Source: a virus
Strand: one strand, 5' to 3'
IMG/VR virus record: IMGVR_UViG_3300045988_076953
DNA: 44,114 nt
Made by a program: the position numbers and the translations under genes. The notes under the pieces were generated by a model that worked only from the letters and a program-made list of their open reading frames with translations, was not told the origin of the DNA and ran no database searches. Shown here piece by piece: positions 39,517 through 44,114 of this stretch (positions within the stretch are counted from its first letter, which is position 1; each line of letters begins with the position of its first letter).

Positions 39517-39861
39517 TTAATCCTCCCGGTAACTTTTGCCAAATTCGGAGCGGAATTCGTCCTCGCTCCATCCATACTGCTCCATCGCGCACTGCTGCGC
39601 GAACCATTTAAGCGCGTGATCGGCAGTCGCGTTGTTGTGCACGGCTGAAATCCCGTCAATGTGGTGGGCGTGGTGACAAAGGCTCACCCACAGCCCCAGC
39701 CGTTTTGATTTGTCTCTATACGGGCCGTAAAAAATCTCGTGTCGATCTAGCTTGTCGCGGTATCCATTCGCTCTGCAAATGAAACATTCGTCCATGTATT
39801 CCTGCACAATGCTAGGGGCGTACCCGTTCCGGTCAAGCCTTACGCCGTACTCGTTTGTCAA
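39517..39861 (-). CDS. HNH-like / zinc-binding nuclease-fold protein (tentative)
   Basis: TTG start (39861) 7 nt after GAAGGAGG, with a TTGA overlap on the ninB-like stop. CFIC...LDRHEIFYG...SLCHHAHH...VHNN. Confidence 0.45.
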   Translation of the reverse strand: MTNEYGVRLDRNGYAPSIVQEYMDECFICRANGYRDKLDRHEIFYGPYRDKSKRLGLWVSLCHHAHHIDGISAVHNNATADHALKWFAQQCAMEQYGWSEDEFRSEFGKSYRED

Positions 39862-40352
39862 TGCCACGCCTCCTTCAACTTTTCCAATTCCGCCGGGGTT
39901 GCAGTCTCGATTCCCTGCGCCCGGCACTCCTGCACTACAAGGTCAATCAGGCGCGACATCTGGCGGGTGTCGTATGTGCTAGATCCCTGATACAGCACCA
40001 CGTTTTTACATCCGTCAATCTTGCTGTCCACCACATCGGCAGCCCAGCCCAAGCCGTTTTTGCCCCAAAGCTGCACCAGCTTGTCAACGGCCTTCTCAAC
40101 GCAGCACACCGTCTCGCTGTTGCCTCCGACTTCCCGGATTAGTTCCCGGTAAATCTCTCCCTTCGGCTTGTGCAAGGCGGCGGCCAGCTTGTCCAGCAGC
40201 ACCCAGCAATAGGCGTTCGCGTCAAGGCTTCGCCGTTACCGGTGCTTGTCAATCTGGATGTCGATTAGCTGCTCAGGCTCAAAACCCTGGCACACATGCA
40301 GCAGGTTCCCGATGTGGTCTGGGAACTGGCTTGCCTTGATGCAGAGCTTCAT
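39858..40352 (-). pseudogene. ninB: NinB-like recombination mediator interrupted by one in-frame TAA (codon 39)
   Basis: ATG at 40352 (ATGA overlap with the Sak stop). MKLCIKASQFPDHIGNLLHVCQGFEPEQLIDIQIDKHR-TAA(40238-40236)-RRSLDANAYCWVLLDKLAAAL..., all in one frame, verified base by base. RSLDxN..W and GSSTYDTRQMSRLIDLV resemble lambda NinB. Confidence 0.6.
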
Positions 40353-40987
40353 CCCTCGATCCTCGCGGGCTGCTGGTCATCCTGCGCTCGTGCGGCCTTC
40401 TCGCAGGTAATGCACATCACCTTGCCACGCTTGTGCTTCGTCCAGCCCGCCACCTGTGCCGGGGTCATGATCGAGCCGTCCTGCTTCTTTGCGCCCTGCA
40501 CGGGCTTCCCGCACACCTCACACAAGATAGGCTTCTCGGGGGCCGGTGCAGGTGGCTGCTCGTACTTCGTGCGGTCCTGCTGCCAGTAGATGTTGGCGGC
40601 AGCTCCAAGTGCTTTTGCGGCCACGCTGATTGCATCAGTGAGCGCCATTTTAAAGCACTCGTCAGATGTGTATGGTCCGTTTTTTTCGACTTTCACGAAG
40701 CCGCTGCCGCCCGTCCCGGGGATTCCATGGCTTTCTTCCCCGGCCACCTTATAAAACAAGGTGATGTTGCAGAAAGCTGCCACCTCGGGGCCGTTTCCGT
40801 GTTCCAGCCATTGCTTGTCGATGGTATACCACCAGCCGATGCCGCACGGGCCAAAAACTTCCGTCATGGCCTTAATGCGCCACATAGGGTTGATGTCGCT
40901 CATGCCCTTCAACCGGCCCGCATTGATGGGTTTAATTGCTTCCGTGGGGCATTCCCGCAGCTTGTTGTAAATTTCAAGATTTTCCAT
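40349..40987 (-). CDS. Sak / Rad52-like single-strand annealing protein with a C-terminal zinc ribbon
   Basis: ORF 40349..40987. INAGRLKGMSDINPMWRIKAMTEVFGPCGIGWWY is the recalled Rad52/Sak-type motif. CEVCGKP...CITCEK. Confidence 0.6.
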   Translation of the reverse strand: MENLEIYNKLRECPTEAIKPINAGRLKGMSDINPMWRIKAMTEVFGPCGIGWWYTIDKQWLEHGNGPEVAAFCNITLFYKVAGEESHGIPGTGGSGFVKVEKNGPYTSDECFKMALTDAISVAAKALGAAANIYWQQDRTKYEQPPAPAPEKPILCEVCGKPVQGAKKQDGSIMTPAQVAGWTKHKRGKVMCITCEKAARAQDDQQPARIEG

Positions 40988-40996
40988 GTTCCCACC

Positions 40997-41461
40997 TCAC
41001 TTGATTTGTACGCTCAGATTGTCCACCAGAGCGGCCCCGGGCACCTCAATGCCAGATTTAATGGCGGCCTTGATCGCGGTCTTGTCGGGGATGCACGTGA
41101 CCTTCTCGGTCATGTACGCGGCGGGGATCGCGGCCTCGTCCAGCACGTTGACCGCGGTTGACTTGCGGAAACTCACGGCGCATTCGTCCGTCACAAACTT
41201 CTCGCCGCCCAGCGCATCGGCAAGGTACCGTTTCAGGCTCTCGGCCTTCTTCTGGGCTTGCTTCATCCGCTCGTCAAAAGCGTCTCTCTCGGCCTTGTAA
41301 GCCGCCGCAGACGCATTCAGGTTCTTCAGCCACAGTGCCACGTTCTTGATTTTCTCCGTGCGTTCCATCTGGAGAGCGGCCAGCGCCTCTTCGTCGATCA
41401 ACTCACCCGTTTCCGGGTCGATGCAAGCCAGGATGGCCTTGTCAATCTCATACAGATTCAT
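40997..41461 (-). CDS. Siphovirus Gp157-family protein
   Basis: Internal ATG (41461) of ORF 40997..41515, after AAAGGAGGAAA. MNLYEIDKAILACIDPETGELIDEEAL is a typical Gp157 N-terminus. Confidence 0.6.
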   Translation of the reverse strand: MNLYEIDKAILACIDPETGELIDEEALAALQMERTEKIKNVALWLKNLNASAAAYKAERDAFDERMKQAQKKAESLKRYLADALGGEKFVTDECAVSFRKSTAVNVLDEAAIPAAYMTEKVTCIPDKTAIKAAIKSGIEVPGAALVDNLSVQIK

Positions 41462-41702
41462 TTTCGGTTTCCTCCTTTTCGGCTTCCTTTTCTTCTGCCT
41501 TCTCGGGCAGGCCACTGGTCTGGGTGTAATCCTCGATAATCAGCCGCACACGGCCAGCAAAGTTCTTGCAGTTCGGGAGTTTCTTGCCCAGTACCTCGTT
41601 CAGGTAAAGGCCGTCGATATACATGCTGCTGTAGCCGCACCAGATAACGCCGGTGCAGTCGATGTCCACCAGAGGCTTAAAAACGTTGTTGTTGTTTTCC
41701 AT
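41448..41702 (-). CDS. Hypothetical protein (84 aa, acidic C-terminus)
   Basis: ORF 41448..41702 with RBS AAAGGAGAAGAA. Confidence 0.55.
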   Translation of the reverse strand: MENNNNVFKPLVDIDCTGVIWCGYSSMYIDGLYLNEVLGKKLPNCKNFAGRVRLIIEDYTQTSGLPEKAEEKEAEKEETENESV

Positions 41703-41714
41703 TGTTCTTCTCCT

Positions 41715-41894
41715 TTACTTGTTTGTCACTCGTTTCCCGCAGCGGTTCGCAGCGGGAAGATATTCCGGGGTAGGCCCCTGTGGGGGCTTCTTCGTGGGTA
41801 GGCTGGCGCGGTCTGCATATGGCGTGTGAAAGTTCCCACCGTAGCACTTCCTTGCGGGCCGCTTGCAGTGCGCACAATCCATGTCGCACTTCAA
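41715..41894 (-). CDS. Small Cys-containing protein (tentative)
   Basis: TTG (41894) overlaps the upstream TGA (TTGA), 7 nt after GGAGGTG. ...DCAHCKRPARKCYGG.... Alternative ATG at 41882. Confidence 0.3.
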   Translation of the reverse strand: MKCDMDCAHCKRPARKCYGGNFHTPYADRASLPTKKPPQGPTPEYLPAANRCGKRVTNK

Positions 41895-42178
41895 GTTTCG
41901 CCACCTCCCATCCACGCACCCAGCCCAGCGGCCAGGCCGATCAAAAAGATTTCTCCGCCCACGGCCCAATAGCCGCGCTGGGCGTAGGCCACCGGCACCC
42001 AAATGGCCGCAGCCACCAGAGCGCCCATCAGGCCGCCGAAAATGCCACACCAGTTGACGCGGCCCAGGGTATTGGTTAAAATGTCCATAGTGCCACGCCG
42101 TGCAGGTTTGGCACCCTTCAGGTCGTCCCGGGTTGCAGCCGGGGCGGCCTTTTTGATTGTGATGTAAACCTCAGTCAT
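41891..42178 (-). CDS. Small two-TM membrane protein
   Basis: ORF 41891..42223. WCGIFGGLMGALVAAAIWVPVAY and EIFLIGLAAGLGAWMGG. The start is ambiguous (ATG at 42181 or 42178). Confidence 0.45.
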   Translation of the reverse strand: MTEVYITIKKAAPAATRDDLKGAKPARRGTMDILTNTLGRVNWCGIFGGLMGALVAAAIWVPVAYAQRGYWAVGGEIFLIGLAAGLGAWMGGGET

Positions 42179-42635
42179 CATTGCCTCCATTACACACGCG
42201 CACCGGTAATATAATGTGGTCAACCTTGCCGGTCGCTTGGTTTACAAACTTCACTGCGCCCAGTTCGTCGCGGATGTATGCCGTGTACTTCTCAGAGTTG
42301 TACCTCTTCATCATGCTTTCGCGTACCCACACATGTTTCGCTGCATCGCCAACGGCGCGATACTCGCGGAGGATCCCGCCGTTGGCATCAAACATGGTGC
42401 AACGTTTTGTAAGCTTGGCTTCCGTGTATCCGTCACCTAACACGAACAGGTTCTTCAACGAAGGCATATGCCGCATTTTCGCGATGTCAATGCACACATC
42501 TTCGGCAGGCACTAAAAACGCTGAATAGCCGTCAAACGTGATGTACGCATCGCCGTCATTGCACTCGTAGGCCACAAACGCCCTATGAACGACAATCGCC
42601 TTGAAAGCTTCTACCTGTAATTTCGCTTTGTCCAT
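42171..42635 (-). CDS. Hypothetical protein (154 aa)
   Basis: ORF 42171..42635 with RBS GAGTGAGGTGAAAAC. Confidence 0.6.
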   Translation of the reverse strand: MDKAKLQVEAFKAIVVHRAFVAYECNDGDAYITFDGYSAFLVPAEDVCIDIAKMRHMPSLKNLFVLGDGYTEAKLTKRCTMFDANGGILREYRAVGDAAKHVWVRESMMKRYNSEKYTAYIRDELGAVKFVNQATGKVDHIILPVRVCNGGNDD

Positions 42636-42644
42636 GTTTTCACC

Positions 42645-42800
42645 TCACTCCGCCCACATCGCCAGCAGCCAGGTGCCCAGCATGAGCACAGCCGCCGGGA
42701 CGATATGGGGCTTTTCGTCGGCCGCCACACAGGCGGCCACGTACCAGATAAGAGCGCCAAGCCCCAGCCATGGGCAGATGCTCAGAATCGCATCGATCAC
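42645..42800 (-). CDS. 51-aa two-TM membrane peptide (tentative)
   Basis: Hand translation from GTG at 42800 (GTGA overlap with the upstream stop, GGAGG 7 nt upstream): VIDAILSICPWLGLGALIWYVAACVAADEKPHIVPAAVLMLGTWLLAMWAE. Confidence 0.4.
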   Translation of the reverse strand: MIDAILSICPWLGLGALIWYVAACVAADEKPHIVPAAVLMLGTWLLAMWAE

Positions 42801-43399
42801 TTCACTTCCTCCCACTCGTAGCGCCCTTTGCCAGCGTTACGCCATTGGCCCAGCCCGCGCAGCTTGCCGTAGTCCAGGCACTCCCGCACCATGGCTTCCA
42901 GCTTCGGATCCAACAGCTGAATTTCAAACTCCAACGTGCTGCCCGCCGGGACGCTTTCCGACTTTGCAATGCTGGTTCGCGGCCCCATGGGAGTGTCGGC
43001 CCGCAAAGAGCGCTCGCAATAGTCCATCTTCATCCCGTTCAGGTTGAAGGGGATTTCACGGGGGGTTACAAAGAGCAACCCGTCAATGGCTTGTTTGTAG
43101 GCTTTGATGGCGGCACAAGCCTTGCCGCCGGGGTATCCAGCTTTTCCTGCCTTCGCCAGCATTTTGCAGGAATCCTTGAACATTCCCTTGATCTGGTAGT
43201 CCCAGATGAATGGGGTGCCGTCTGCCAGTTTCGGGAACACCGTCACGCGATCCTCGGCCTGCTGGGCCTTGATGTTTTCCACCTCCTGGGCGGATAGCTC
43301 TTCGTTGGGGGCTTTGCTGGCAATATACGTGCCCAACAAGTCCTCATTGCTGGGGCTGCTGCCCAGCACCTCTTCAATTGCCGTGATTCTGATTTTCAT
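42797..43399 (-). CDS. Hypothetical early protein (200 aa) with a C-terminal G-L-G-x5-G-K-G loop
   Basis: Internal ATG (43399) of ORF 42797..43450, after GGAGGAGAA. ...YGKLRGLGQWRNAGKGRYEWEE at the C-terminus. Confidence 0.6.
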   Translation of the reverse strand: MKIRITAIEEVLGSSPSNEDLLGTYIASKAPNEELSAQEVENIKAQQAEDRVTVFPKLADGTPFIWDYQIKGMFKDSCKMLAKAGKAGYPGGKACAAIKAYKQAIDGLLFVTPREIPFNLNGMKMDYCERSLRADTPMGPRTSIAKSESVPAGSTLEFEIQLLDPKLEAMVRECLDYGKLRGLGQWRNAGKGRYEWEEVK

Positions 43400-43425
43400 T
43401 GTTCTCCTCCGATTTAAGTTTTTTA

Positions 43426-43774
43426 CATTTGCTTTGCGTGGCCATTGCACTTCTTTTCCTCGCCTTGCTGTTGCTCGTCCATTCCACGCACTTCTTATCC
43501 GTCGCGCATCTATGCCTGGCGAAGCTCATTCCACAGCAATTCAACTCTGCGCTTTGCCTTTGCTAATCAGCGCCTCTCGTTTCCTTTGCTCTGCCCAGCG
43601 TAGCTAATCCGTCGCATGTCACAACACTGCTTTGCCATAGCGAATCCAATCCTTGCGTTGCCATTGCTCATCTATGCAATTCCGTGGCTGTGCCTTGCAC
43701 ATCCACTCAATGCCGCCGCGAAGCGAGACATTGCTGAGCCTTTGCATAGGTTCTCGGTGCATTGCCGCCGCATT
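43426..43774. repeat. About 330-bp non-coding region with degenerate short repeats (CATTSC / GCAAWGG units and DnaA-box-like motifs)
   Basis: No minus-strand ORF of 60 aa or more. Near-repeat gcgtGGCCATTGCac (43436-43450) versus gcgtTGCCATTGCtc (43655-43669). TTATCCGTC (43495-43503), TAATCCGTC (43605-43613), CATTCCACG (43480-43488), CATTCCACA (43527-43535), ACATCCACT (43699-43707). Confidence 0.55.
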
Positions 43775-44011
43775 TCAGAGCCATTCAGGCTCAATGGCAA
43801 CGGGGGGATGCCCGGTCATTTCTTCAAGCCACCGGGCCAGCTTGTGCTTGAAGATTTTCGGCTGGAGCTTTGCGCCGGGCGCGTTCATGGCTACCGCCCA
43901 CGGGAGACGGCCCGCTTCAATGGCGGCCGCCAGACCCTTGTTGTCCACAGAAACTCCGTTCGCGCGAAGCACCTCACAGCACTCAGTGATGGTTAAAGTT
44001 GGTCGCGTCAT
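43775..44011 (-). CDS. Small early protein, possible HTH (excisionase/AlpA-like) DNA-binding protein
   Basis: ORF 43775..44011. RBS AAGGAGG. The start lies inside the terminal repeat, directly after the antirepressor stop across the circular junction. TITECCEVLRANGVSVDNKGLAAAIEAGRLPWA is HTH-like. Confidence 0.45.
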   Translation of the reverse strand: MTRPTLTITECCEVLRANGVSVDNKGLAAAIEAGRLPWAVAMNAPGAKLQPKIFKHKLARWLEEMTGHPPVAIEPEWL

Positions 44012-44114
44012 TGCGGTGCCTCCTTACTCATATAAGCTGGTTTGGGCGTTGGTCTGTTGGATGAGCATCACGGAGTTGGTGCTGGGCTTCCAGCGCTGGA
44101 TGTACTCCACCGCC
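43996..44114. repeat. Terminal direct repeat, copy 2 (identical to 1-119)
   Basis: Same 119-nt string as the window start. Consistent with a circular-assembly overlap or genuine terminal redundancy. Confidence 0.95.

Larger units (their letters stand above)
1..44114. mobile_element. Complete temperate phage genome on a circularly closed contig (unique length about 43,995 bp)
   Basis: Integrase plus tRNA-fragment attP, divergent CI/Cro-type switch, replication/recombination genes, terminase-capsid-portal-fibre-lysis genes. The window ends repeat its first 119 nt exactly, and minus-strand genes continue across the junction. Confidence 0.85.

Noticed and set aside
39513-39659. N-terminal extensions offered by the ORF track (for example SSB from 39659, terL from 27464, island genes from 31865 and 32247, and the 200-aa gene from 43450)
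   Set aside because: In each case an internal ATG, GTG or TTG with a properly spaced GGAGG-type RBS coincides with the start of the recognisable domain. The upstream extension overlaps the preceding gene or an RNA element.
40236-40238. Genome-wide stop-codon reassignment (alternative genetic code) as the explanation for the in-frame TAA in ninB
   Set aside because: TAA terminates other well-supported genes here (for example the antirepressor at 29-31, the giant ORF at 4495-4497 and the late activator at 33534-33536). All other long genes are intact in the standard code, and neither phage tRNA has a stop-complementary anticodon.
43426-43774. Possible CRISPR-like or mini-array structure in the repeat-rich non-coding region
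   Set aside because: The repeats are short (6-20 nt), degenerate and irregularly spaced. There is no 25-40-nt direct repeat alternating with unique spacers, and there are no cas genes.
43206-43996. Two + strand ORFs (43206..43607 and 43616..43996) covering the repeat region
   Set aside because: They run opposite to the surrounding operon, lack an RBS, overlap real minus-strand genes at both ends, and translate to Leu/Ala/Cys/Pro-rich sequence generated by the repeats.

Overview
The window looks like one complete, circularly closed temperate phage genome. The first 119 nt are repeated exactly at 43996-44114, leaving about 43,995 bp of unique sequence. GC is high by eye, and the RBS and gene families look Firmicutes-like; an anaerobic Clostridia or Oscillospiraceae-type host is only an inference.

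Layout:
- Lysogeny module on + (1186-4143): CI-like repressor, membrane protein, second HTH protein, and a tyrosine integrase with an N-terminal zinc ribbon.
- attP-like site (4144-4357): the 3' 50 nt of a tRNA-Arg(ACG), arm-type repeats and a strong terminator.
- Long minus-strand late region (29081 down to 4358): RHH protein, putative terS, two tRNAs (Thr-UGU, Gln-UUG), terL, virion genes (scaffold, HK97-like capsid, portal, adaptor, three paralogous fibre proteins), lysis cassette (GH25 endolysin, holin), a three-gene cassette with a ferritin-like protein, a 254-aa coiled-coil protein, a 2244-aa giant ORF, and a 41-aa ORF resembling the glycyl-radical C-terminus of NrdD.
- 4.3-kb opposite-strand (+) island of about 11 small genes (29280-33490) with its own sigma70-type promoters and terminators. 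It holds two copies of a structured intergenic RNA element with compensatory base changes.
- Minus-strand early region that crosses the circular junction (962 down to 29, then 44011 down to 33534): Cro-like protein, Bro-N antirepressor, Sak/Rad52-like protein, NinB-like gene with an in-frame TAA, HNH-like protein, SSB, replication initiator with an internal ori-like region, DnaB, RusA, Dam methylase, DUF3310, C5-MTase-like protein, ASCH, and a sigma-like late activator.

No tape measure, tail tube or sheath genes are visible, so a short-tailed virion is inferred. All family assignments rest on motifs recalled from memory; no searches were run.
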